The translations under genes were made by a program, and so were the position numbers. A DNA stretch of 64,000 nucleotides from assembly GCA_965216875.1 (NCBI GenBank), contig OZ244207.1:1952001-2016000 (forward strand), written 5' to 3'. Under the pieces are notes generated by a model. That model was not told where the DNA came from. It saw nothing but the letters and a program-made list of their open reading frames with translations, and searched no databases. Source of the DNA: Rubripirellula sp. (GTDB taxonomy: Bacteria > Planctomycetota > Planctomycetia > Pirellulales > Pirellulaceae). This document shows positions 29,424 through 37,898 of the stretch, in pieces (positions within the stretch are counted from its first letter, which is position 1; the number at the start of each line of letters is the position of its first letter).

Positions 29424-31340
29424 CTAGAGCGCGGCTGGCTTGTCTGTTTCGCTTTCGATCGGAACGATCCGTCTGCCGTCGGCGGGAATTCCAATTCGCT
29501 CACGCAGCTCGGCCTGCAGTCGCGCGCCTTCCAATTTCAAGTATTGAATGCGTGCAAGATTTCGCCGTTCCGAAAGAGGATGCGTCGCGCTGACGATCTG
29601 TAGCGCCGTGTTGTTTGAAGGCAAAAGCTCTTGAGCTGCCTTGGTTTCGGCCAGATTCACTTTCAGACGATTGAACAGACTTTGAATCGCGCTATCGCGA
29701 TGTTCGGCGTCTTCTGTTTGCTCATCGCTTGAATTGGACCTCGCTGCTTCCTGAGCCCATTCGAGTGTCATTTCCCAATCGAGGTTCTTCCGGCCGGTGG
29801 CATTCGCAGAAGGACGCACATCGGCGGCGGTTGAGTCATTCGCTGGCGACGATGGTGTTGCAGGTTGAGCAACCGGCTGAGGTTTCGACTCGATTAGGTT
29901 GATCAAACGCTTGACATCAGCGTGCAGAGCGGCGACTTCTTCCCGCAATTGATTCAGCGACGCGTCATTGCCCTTTTGGGGCCGGACGCTGGATTCCTTG
30001 GGAGACTCGGTAGCTTTCTTTGCCGAAACGATAGAGATGTCGTTGATCACGCGAGGGCAATAGTCTTCGGCGACGCAGACAACGACGAGTGCTGTGCGTT
30101 CATCCAGGTTTCCACGCAGGATGACCGATGAGTTCAATTCCCTAACAACGATTTCATCGTTGGGGAAGAGTTCATCGATTGCCGCTTTGAGTCGACGAAA
30201 AGCATCCGAGACCGGTTCTTCTGCCGCGTTGGACCTGACCTCATCGCTTCGGCCTCCGGCGAATTTTCCCATCAACAAGAGATTGGTTTGGGAGCCACGC
30301 GAGGTGACGCGCGCATTGTCAACTTTGATACCAGGAACTTTGGCAACGGCCTCAAGTACCGAGGGCACCTGTTTGGCGTCCCTGACGACGATTGCGATTT
30401 CAAAGACATCCTCAGTGAGCGAGATGTCCTGCACTTCGCCATCGAACGAATCCTTCACAGCCTTTTCGAGCTGTTGCAGCCTGCCCATGAAACTGTCGTA
30501 GTATTCATAGGCGGTCAGTTGGATATCAAAATCAGTTTCAGGATCGATTGCCACTGGTTTGGGTGGCTGAGGCACGCGGGCAACCAACGTGGGTTTGATG
30601 AGCACGACAAGCGACTGGTCGACGCGTGTGTGCGCCTGGAGACCGATCGTTTGATCGGGGTGAATGCTCAGCATCGTCTCAATGTCGATAACGTCAATCG
30701 AAGGGAAATCGACTCCATCAATAACGCGTTTTCGATCTTTGCTTATCGACGACTGATCAATTCGCAAACTCAGTTGAATTTCATCACCAACCAGTTCGGG
30801 TAAGCAATTAAGAGAGAGTCCGATCTCCTGGTCCCGCATCTTCCCTTTCTCGGTGTCATCTGGAACGCTTACGACTTGGCCAACTTGAATGCGGGCTGGT
30901 ACGCCTGCCAGGGTCATCACCTTGGGCCGCGAGAGGACGGTCGCAATTCCTTCAGGAGTTGTCAGTTTTTTCAATACGCGTCCGGTGGCATCTGCGCCTC
31001 CTACCAACACCGACGACTGCCCCGGTTCGCCATCAGGCAGTGCTTCTTTCAAGACGCGAGCCAACTCGGCGCTCTTGCCTGCGTTGGATTCGATAATGGC
31101 CATGTCGATATGGATCATCGGTTTGGTCAAATCGCCCGCCGCCAACTGCGGGGCCGGAACCACTTTGGCGACCGGGATCGCTTTGGCGGCCGGAGGTGGC
31201 GCTGGAATTGCCACCGTTTTCGGTCTGGCTTTGAGAGCTTTCAATGACGGAACTTGGGCGAGTACCAAGTCGGGTGTCGCCAACATCATCCACGCGATCG
31301 CGATGGTAATCGTCGAGCTAACATTCAAACGTTTCATCAT
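29424..31340 (-). CDS. exported protein with secretin-like (T2SS/T3SS/CpaC) and BON-like segments
   Basis: Signal peptide; LSRPKVMTLAGVPARIQVG..GLSLNCLP secretin-core-like stretch; IDELFPNDEIVVRELNSSVILRG CpaC/BON-like stretch. Confidence 0.6.
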   Translation of the reverse strand: MMKRLNVSSTITIAIAWMMLATPDLVLAQVPSLKALKARPKTVAIPAPPPAAKAIPVAKVVPAPQLAAGDLTKPMIHIDMAIIESNAGKSAELARVLKEALPDGEPGQSSVLVGGADATGRVLKKLTTPEGIATVLSRPKVMTLAGVPARIQVGQVVSVPDDTEKGKMRDQEIGLSLNCLPELVGDEIQLSLRIDQSSISKDRKRVIDGVDFPSIDVIDIETMLSIHPDQTIGLQAHTRVDQSLVVLIKPTLVARVPQPPKPVAIDPETDFDIQLTAYEYYDSFMGRLQQLEKAVKDSFDGEVQDISLTEDVFEIAIVVRDAKQVPSVLEAVAKVPGIKVDNARVTSRGSQTNLLLMGKFAGGRSDEVRSNAAEEPVSDAFRRLKAAIDELFPNDEIVVRELNSSVILRGNLDERTALVVVCVAEDYCPRVINDISIVSAKKATESPKESSVRPQKGNDASLNQLREEVAALHADVKRLINLIESKPQPVAQPATPSSPANDSTAADVRPSANATGRKNLDWEMTLEWAQEAARSNSSDEQTEDAEHRDSAIQSLFNRLKVNLAETKAAQELLPSNNTALQIVSATHPLSERRNLARIQYLKLEGARLQAELRERIGIPADGRRIVPIESETDKPAAL

Positions 31341-32740
31341 TCCCACTCCTTTGATTGCTTCGATTTGAACACTTCGAACTGTTTTGAAATTTGTTGAGAA
31401 CGTCGCTGAATGGATTCAGCAGCGTTGTTGAGTTGAGCGTCGCTGTGGCCGTCCAACAGAGCGGTCAATCTGGCGATGTCCTGGTTCATCCGTTCGATCT
31501 GTTCATCAAGAGAACTTGGCGAGGCTGGGGTTTGAGCGCCTGCCCATGCGGAACTGGCAAGCTCGTCAGCCTCCGCTGGCCAGTACCGCACCACCGGCGC
31601 TGCCACCATCACGCCGCCAAAACCAAGGACGACCAGGAGTGTGAATGCGAGCCTGCGGACCAAATTCCAGTGTGATGGGATTGCTTGCGCGCTCACCAGT
31701 TCTTCGACCCTGCGGATGAGGACCGCCGCGTTACCCGTCGCTGGCGCTGCTGCCACTCGTGGAGCCGCGTGCCGGCTTGCCATACTGATCTCGGCGACTC
31801 GCGTGAGCGTTTCGGCCAGGCGATGTCTGGCAACGCCTTGTCCAACTGCCCACCGATCGCTCAAGAACTCAGCGCTCTGTTCGATGCGTCGTGACGCGCA
31901 CCAATTCAAAGGCTGCAGCGGAAAGAGGCGACAAAGGACGCGTGCCAGCGACATCCAAAAAAGATCGGCTCGAACAATGTGCGCTACTTCATGACCGATC
32001 AAGGCGCGTAGTTGTGAATCAGTCAGTTCGTTTTCAATGCCTTGGGGAAGCACGATCGTCGGACGAAGGATCCCAAAAGCAAAAGGCGGTATCGATGGTG
32101 GCCCTTGCAGAAGTGCGATCGAGCGTTTGGTTGCGGTTTGCTTGAGAATCTGGGCCAACAGCTTTGCGCATTTTCTCGATTCAACCGCATCGTAGGCCGA
32201 CAGCCGTTTCCAGCAGCTCCAAATTCTGTGAACTTCGAGCAGCAGGATGGCGAGCCAAAACGCAACGACGGTTGCCGCACCAACGGAAACCCAGGCGTCG
32301 TCTCTTAGAAGGTCAGCTGCAAATGCAACGCGTTCTTTGCCTCCGGCTTGGATCGTTGAGGTCCGTGGTGCGACGGCCGTTGGTTCGTTGGCTTTCGTGT
32401 CTGAAATGACATGGGGTGACTCGACGGAGACGGTCACTTTCCAGTCGCTTTGTTTTTCCACGTCGCTCGCGGGACGTATTGGCTGAGGAACGTCGGTTTT
32501 CAGGGGCTTTTGGCGGACCAGCGGTTGGTTGAGATCCGGTTCGGCCATCGCGAGCTGAACCGTCGCTGTCAAACAGCCAGAGACCATTGCTGCCTTCCAC
32601 AGACGGTTGGTTAAGAGATGACGTCGTCGCCCAAACAGGACAAGCAAGACAGCTGTGCACCCAAGGATCACCGTTGAGTGCACCGCATAGGTTGCTACCC
32701 AAGAAACGAGGCAATGCGCGGCCATGTTCCAATCAAACAT
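31337..32740 (-). CDS. M56 family metallopeptidase (BlaR1/MecR1-like)
   Basis: TM helices; PFAFGILRPTIVLP, IGHEVAHIVRAD and AEFLSDRWA motifs. The start overlaps the blaI-like stop region. Confidence 0.9.
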   Translation of the reverse strand: MFDWNMAAHCLVSWVATYAVHSTVILGCTAVLLVLFGRRRHLLTNRLWKAAMVSGCLTATVQLAMAEPDLNQPLVRQKPLKTDVPQPIRPASDVEKQSDWKVTVSVESPHVISDTKANEPTAVAPRTSTIQAGGKERVAFAADLLRDDAWVSVGAATVVAFWLAILLLEVHRIWSCWKRLSAYDAVESRKCAKLLAQILKQTATKRSIALLQGPPSIPPFAFGILRPTIVLPQGIENELTDSQLRALIGHEVAHIVRADLFWMSLARVLCRLFPLQPLNWCASRRIEQSAEFLSDRWAVGQGVARHRLAETLTRVAEISMASRHAAPRVAAAPATGNAAVLIRRVEELVSAQAIPSHWNLVRRLAFTLLVVLGFGGVMVAAPVVRYWPAEADELASSAWAGAQTPASPSSLDEQIERMNQDIARLTALLDGHSDAQLNNAAESIQRRSQQISKQFEVFKSKQSKEWE

Positions 32741-33122
32741 CTTCCGCCTCCTGTTCGCGCTGACGAATGAGACGTCGAAGTTCTGCAAGGTCCGCTGCAG
32801 TCAGGTCGTTTGCGTCAAGCAGTTGACACACCATCTGTTTGACATCGCCGCCGAAGAGACGGTTGGTCAGGTCGTTGACCATCGATTGATTGACTTGATC
32901 CTGGCGAATCACGGCCCGATAGACGTTGACCCTGCCTTCGCTGCGATGCCGGACTTGGCCGTTTTCTTCCATTTTGGCCAGCATCGTGCCGACCGTTGTG
33001 TGGGCGAGCTTTCGATCCGGCTCGAGCTCCTTTCGGACTTCGGCAACGGTCGCATTCCCGCGACGCCAAAGTACCTGCATGATCGCAAGCTGCAATTCGG
33101 CCAAGCGATGTTTCTTCGCCAT
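32733..33122 (-). CDS. BlaI/MecI/CopY family transcriptional repressor
   Basis: LAELQLAIMQVLW..TVAEV..AHTTVGTML..GRVNVY..LFGG. Confidence 0.9.
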   Translation of the reverse strand: MAKKHRLAELQLAIMQVLWRRGNATVAEVRKELEPDRKLAHTTVGTMLAKMEENGQVRHRSEGRVNVYRAVIRQDQVNQSMVNDLTNRLFGGDVKQMVCQLLDANDLTAADLAELRRLIRQREQEAEDV

Positions 33123-33145
33123 CCAATCCATCCCCCGTGACAGCA

Positions 33146-33196
33146 ACTACTAATCGATTAGTAGTCAGTCTACTACCGAAGTAGGAGACGTGTCAA
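33146..33196 (-). promoter_or_regulatory. sigma70-type promoter (TTGACA-N18-TAGACT) overlapped by two putative BlaI operators
   Basis: Perfect palindrome ACTACTAATCGATTAGTAGT at 33146-33165; near-palindrome GTCTACTACCGAAGTAGGAGAC at 33168-33189; TGTCAA at 33191-33196. Confidence 0.7.
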
Positions 33197-33239
33197 CAGC
33201 GGTGGTCGAAACGAGAGGTGTTGCAGGTGATCGCAGGCA

Positions 33240-34037
33240 CTAGAGTGCAGCGACAAACGTTTCGATGATCGGCAGCAACGGAATCGACGTGACAGCCAGC
33301 AAGATCAGAGCCGCGGCAACCATGATCGATTGCCGAATCCGTCGCGGCCTATTCGCGATTGGGGTAGGGTCCTCTGAGTCACGATGCAGACGATCGATCT
33401 TTTCCGGTGCATCGCGGCTGGTGAAAGCCAAGCCTGCTTGGAACCCTTGATCGTCTTCGGTTTTCCAGACGGTCGTTGCCGCGACCACGATTTCGTCGTC
33501 GTCGGGTGTCTCGACGCGAATACGAAGACGCACGTTTTCCGGAATCTCGTGCTGCGAATAGACCTTCATTCCACCGGGTGAATAGTCGACGATCGAGATG
33601 TCGATTTCGCCAGGTTGCAGTTCCCAGCTCATTTGAGCGGGATGTTCCCAGACGACGCGCTCGTCATTTCGTCGATTCACGACACCTTCACCGGCAAGGT
33701 CCTCAAGGACATCGGCCGGGATCGGATCATCGAGCTGACATCCAAGAATGGTTTGACCGCCCACCCAAGGTTGAACGCGTCGCACTTTGCCGCCGTAGAC
33801 GCCGTGCGACCGGTTAGTCATCAATTCAACCGCAAAGCTTTGACCAGGTTCAAATTGGCCTTTGCACAGCAGTCGCATTCCGGTTGCCGAGATGTCGATC
33901 ACCGAGCCTTGGCTAAGGCTCTTTTCTCCAACGGCCGCATCGCAAGCAAGCGTGCTGCCGTCACAGATCTTGAAGCGAGGTTCCTTGCGTTTACTGATTT
34001 GTGGCAAATCGGCCATGGCGGAAAGGTCAGGAATCAT
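33240..34037 (-). CDS. tandem PilZ-domain protein with C-terminal TM helix
   Basis: RKEPR..DISATGM and RNDER..DYSPGGM (RxxxR and DxSxxG motifs). Confidence 0.8.
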   Translation of the reverse strand: MIPDLSAMADLPQISKRKEPRFKICDGSTLACDAAVGEKSLSQGSVIDISATGMRLLCKGQFEPGQSFAVELMTNRSHGVYGGKVRRVQPWVGGQTILGCQLDDPIPADVLEDLAGEGVVNRRNDERVVWEHPAQMSWELQPGEIDISIVDYSPGGMKVYSQHEIPENVRLRIRVETPDDDEIVVAATTVWKTEDDQGFQAGLAFTSRDAPEKIDRLHRDSEDPTPIANRPRRIRQSIMVAAALILLAVTSIPLLPIIETFVAAL

Positions 34038-34248
34038 GGGGAAAGGGCGCGCAGCAACACACAACGAGCGCGCAGACTCAATGGAGATCTAGCTTTTTCC
34101 CAATGCCATCGCCTCATTGAACCGACGCAGATTCGGAATCAGCGCAAGGGGCAACGTTGATCGAGAGCGTGTTGCGCCGGTTTTGTCGATTATGCAACCT
34201 GTCGAGGGTCACCTGACGAGTCAGGCTCCCGCCGGATGGATCGTCTGG

Positions 34249-35622
34249 CTATTCAAAGACGGTGATCGTTTTGCGTTTCTCTAGCGGGTACCACTGGCCG
34301 ATCTTCTCCGACAACCGTCCAACGACGGACGGATGATCCTTGGCGACATTCTGAGTTTCGTGCGGATCGGTGCTCAGATTGAAAAGCTGAGGGCGACGTT
34401 CGGATCGCGGATGACTCGACTGATAACGGTTTACCTCACCATCGTAGGTCAGCAGCAATTTCCAATCGCCTTCAATACACCAGCGATAAAGCAAAGAGGC
34501 TTCGGGGTCTTCGATATCGGCGATGTCGTGCGCAAAGCCTTCGCCGAAAATCGTGTCACGTTTGATTGGCTCGCCTGATTGGAGTGCCTCGGTAAGGTCG
34601 AGGCCGGGCAGCCCTTCTGGGATCTTTGCACCAGCAGCTGACAAGATTGTTGGCACGATATCAATGCTGCTGGTCAGGTCACTGCGCGTCGCCGGTTTCC
34701 ATTTTCCGGGCCAGCGGTACATGATCGGCGTCCGCACGCCTCCCTCGTAGGGAGTCTGTTTTGATTTGGGTGCATAACCATTCTTCGTTGGGTTTTGAAT
34801 CCAACCATTGTCGGTGACGTAGACGATGATGGTGTTGTCAGCCAAACCTCGATCGTCGATCATTCCAATCAGCTGGCCACAGGTTTCGTCAAACCAGTCG
34901 CACATCGCATAGTATTTTGCGATGGTGATGGGCCGCCCTTCTTGCGTGTATTTGTCGAGGAGACGCTGGGGAGGCGTGTGGGGTGTGTGCGGCAGGAAGG
35001 GCGCGTACCAAATGAAGAAGGGTTTATCGCGTGCGACTGCATCGTCGACGAAACGCTTAATTGGCTCCATTCCCTGACGTCCGATTTTCAGCCCGTCGTC
35101 TCCGTGCCGGCCGCCGGGCTTTGGGAATCCACGCGTCATCCCATGAGTGAAGCCGCAATTCTGGTAGCTGCCTTCCCACAGTTTCCCGCTTTGGTGACTC
35201 AGGTAGCCCAGGTCTCCGAGGACTTTGGGAACCGTTTCAAAGCGGTCGAGATACGAAATCAATTGTGCACAACGTTCGTTGTAGAGCGCTGACCCGCGAT
35301 CGGCGTACTTCGGCGAAGGGTCATTCCCTGTCACACCGTGCACCGAGGCATAGTGCCCAGTCAGCAACGTGACCAACGATGGGCGGCAGAGTGCTGTCGG
35401 CACATAGCCGCGTCGAAACGTCACTGACTCACGTGCGAGTTGATCAAGATGCGGAGTCTTGATGTCAGGATGTCCCATGAACCCGTAGTCAGTCCATGCT
35501 TGGTCGTCCGAGATGATCAAGACAACGTTTGGCGGGCCTTGCTCGGCGCGGACAACGTCAGCGCTGCAAATGGCCAAGAGGATCGCGCAGAAGGCGGGGG
35601 CGCGGAATGGATGGGTCTTCAT
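34249..35622 (-). CDS. sulfatase (S1 family)
   Basis: PNVVLIISDDQ, LCRPSL, TDNGW and YEGGVRTP motifs. Confidence 0.9.
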   Translation of the reverse strand: MKTHPFRAPAFCAILLAICSADVVRAEQGPPNVVLIISDDQAWTDYGFMGHPDIKTPHLDQLARESVTFRRGYVPTALCRPSLVTLLTGHYASVHGVTGNDPSPKYADRGSALYNERCAQLISYLDRFETVPKVLGDLGYLSHQSGKLWEGSYQNCGFTHGMTRGFPKPGGRHGDDGLKIGRQGMEPIKRFVDDAVARDKPFFIWYAPFLPHTPHTPPQRLLDKYTQEGRPITIAKYYAMCDWFDETCGQLIGMIDDRGLADNTIIVYVTDNGWIQNPTKNGYAPKSKQTPYEGGVRTPIMYRWPGKWKPATRSDLTSSIDIVPTILSAAGAKIPEGLPGLDLTEALQSGEPIKRDTIFGEGFAHDIADIEDPEASLLYRWCIEGDWKLLLTYDGEVNRYQSSHPRSERRPQLFNLSTDPHETQNVAKDHPSVVGRLSEKIGQWYPLEKRKTITVFE

Positions 35623-35744
35623 ACGGCAAGCTTACCAACCGCGCCGGCAAAATCCAACTCTTGGATTGAACGCAGGGGGTGATCCGCGATTGGGGATGTG
35701 GGTGGGCTCTGGGTTCTTTGCAACGCGTCTCTTGTTGAGGGGGA

Positions 35745-35784
35745 TGCCGGATCAGCGTCGCTGTCGCTCCTTGATCCGGCCTAC
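35745..35784. repeat. REP family D (minus strand GTAGGCCGGATCAAGGAGCGACAGCGACGCTGATCCGGCA)
   Basis: GTAG-initiated palindrome resembling the E. coli REP consensus. Confidence 0.7.
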
Positions 35785-35801
35785 TCATCCAATCAGCCGC
35801 G

Positions 35802-37559
35802 CTAGTGCTTTTCTGCGATTGCGATGGGGACGGTTGGCTGCGGCGCGGTTGGAGGCGCGACCATCGTTTCGAGGAACGCAACCAATGCGTGGCGATCTTC
35901 GACAGGCAGGTTCAGGAAACGGTCTCGCGTTCCTGCAGCCTCTCCTTCGTGCATCGCGATCGCTTCGAGCAATGTTCCGGCGCGACCATCGTGCAGGTAG
36001 GGCGCCGAATCCTTGACGCCCCAAAGCGGCGGTGTACGCCACTCTTGGTTGAACTTTGTTTGCTCGTAGTGCACGTAGGCAACGGTGGTCTCTTGAACGG
36101 TACGCCGGATCGTCCTTTTCGTTGTCGTTTCGCCAACCTGGCGTCCAACCGTTTTGTTGGTTCGACGGTCGACGATCTCGCGATCGATGTCCTGGGTGTC
36201 GGTTTTGACAACCGGCTTCAAACGTCTCGTCTGAGTGCCTAGCGTGATCTGCCGTCCCTTGGGCGGCATGGTGGGTGCGATGAATCGAAAACCTGCACGC
36301 GTCAAGAAACCGGGCCTCTCACGACCTGAACTTGACGATCCGACGCCAGCGACGCTGGTCTGGTTAGACGACATCATTGACGAGCCGCCGTAGTAGCCGG
36401 TTGTGTTCGTATTCCTTTCTGTTTGAACGTTCGTCGAGGATCCGGTAACGAACTTGCGTGTGGAAACGCCCACCCGGTAGGGTTCAGCGGGGTTCAAGTC
36501 GAACGACTCAGGGCCCATGTCGTGTAGCAGAAGATCCGAGTAGAGTCCCTGAGCGGGCCCCAAGTTCGGGACATGGCATACGGCGCAACCGACCGAGCCG
36601 AAAACGTGTTCGCCTCGCAACACCTCATTGCGAAGGTCGGAATCCTCGGGGATTTGACGCACAGGTGCGGGAAGCGCAGCAACAAAGGAGGTCATGGTCC
36701 GAATTTGCACGTCCGAAATATCGTCTCCAGGATTTCGATATCTCGGCACCGTTGGATCGGCTGGCTGATTCATGCGAGCCGTTTCCAGGCCAACTTCGTT
36801 CGCGCAGGCTTGGTCGTTGAACTCCAGTAGACTGCCAACGTTGCCGCGCCAGCCAAATTTGCCAACGCGTCCGTCATCAAGGGTCGAAGGTCGTCCGCTA
36901 ATCTCGGGATGCCTCTTTTGTACGCGAGCCTGATGTTCAATCACCGCGTCGGGCACTCGGTCGATCACTCCACTTCCAAACAGCGAGGTCGTGTTGCGCT
37001 GGAAGAGTCTGGCACGTACGGAAACGTCATAGAGTCCAACGCGTTTTTGGAAATCGATCGGACCGTTGTTCGCACTTCGAATCTCCTCGGCTGACGTTGG
37101 GCCGCCAAGCTCACTGAACTCAGCCGGGATGTTGGCCAGAAACTTTTCACTCGCTTGCCGATAAGTTGCCGTACCGCCGTGGTGTGCAAGGGGTGCGGTA
37201 TTGACCATCACTCCATTACGTACAAAGCCAGGGTGAAAGGCGTTGAGCACGGTGGCAAGGACATCGTTATCGACGCGCCGGTGGCCCGTCGGACGGATGT
37301 TCATCGTTTCGATGGCAACGGTCTGTGCATTGAAGCGTGAATCGCCTCCGCCCCCGATGCCGCCTTGGTGATGACAGGCGACGCAACTTCTCGCGTTAAA
37401 GAGGGGCCCCAGTCCATCGCTGCCAGCGACGGGATCACGCGGCGACCAGTCTTGTTCGAAGAGTACTTGGCCTTGTTGAATGGAATTTGGTGATGCGGCA
37501 TCGGTACGACCGCCAATCACTGACACCGCCACAGCGGCTGCCAAAAACATTCTGCCCAT
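35802..37559 (-). CDS. di-heme oxidoreductase (DHOR/DUF1111) family protein, paralog 1
   Basis: GLGPLFNARSCVACH, GKFGW, GCAVCH and EWRTPPLWG..YLHDGRA motifs. Confidence 0.85.
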   Translation of the reverse strand: MGRMFLAAAVAVSVIGGRTDAASPNSIQQGQVLFEQDWSPRDPVAGSDGLGPLFNARSCVACHHQGGIGGGGDSRFNAQTVAIETMNIRPTGHRRVDNDVLATVLNAFHPGFVRNGVMVNTAPLAHHGGTATYRQASEKFLANIPAEFSELGGPTSAEEIRSANNGPIDFQKRVGLYDVSVRARLFQRNTTSLFGSGVIDRVPDAVIEHQARVQKRHPEISGRPSTLDDGRVGKFGWRGNVGSLLEFNDQACANEVGLETARMNQPADPTVPRYRNPGDDISDVQIRTMTSFVAALPAPVRQIPEDSDLRNEVLRGEHVFGSVGCAVCHVPNLGPAQGLYSDLLLHDMGPESFDLNPAEPYRVGVSTRKFVTGSSTNVQTERNTNTTGYYGGSSMMSSNQTSVAGVGSSSSGRERPGFLTRAGFRFIAPTMPPKGRQITLGTQTRRLKPVVKTDTQDIDREIVDRRTNKTVGRQVGETTTKRTIRRTVQETTVAYVHYEQTKFNQEWRTPPLWGVKDSAPYLHDGRAGTLLEAIAMHEGEAAGTRDRFLNLPVEDRHALVAFLETMVAPPTAPQPTVPIAIAEKH

Positions 37560-37692
37560 CGAAAAAGTCCCCGCAGAGAGAAAACACAAAGAGTTGTTTT
37601 TTGCGGGTGGGGCTACGTCGATTTTAGCGCAAGCAACGTTTGGAAGTCAAATACATTTCTGGCGTTCATGCGAACGTGGCAAAATCCATGTT

Positions 37693-37872
37693 CGTGCGTG
37701 CAAGCACACACGCTACATCACCTCGTGCTCGTGCTCGTGCTCGAATGAGGCGGGGTGTTTCGACAAGCCCTGGAACCTTGCCACAGGGCGGTGCGAGTAC
37801 CGCGTTGCTGAGCAGGAGCGCTCGCACGCTCCACTGCATCTTGTGCCTCGTGCGTGCAAGCACGCACGCTAC
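37693..37872. repeat. two direct family-A REP variants (minus orientation) with a (GTGCTC)n stretch between them
   Basis: CGTGCGTGCAAGCAC(A/G)CACGCTAC at 37693-37716 and 37849-37872. Confidence 0.75.
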
Positions 37873-37898
37873 TTAAATGGGGTGCACCCTACTTGGGA

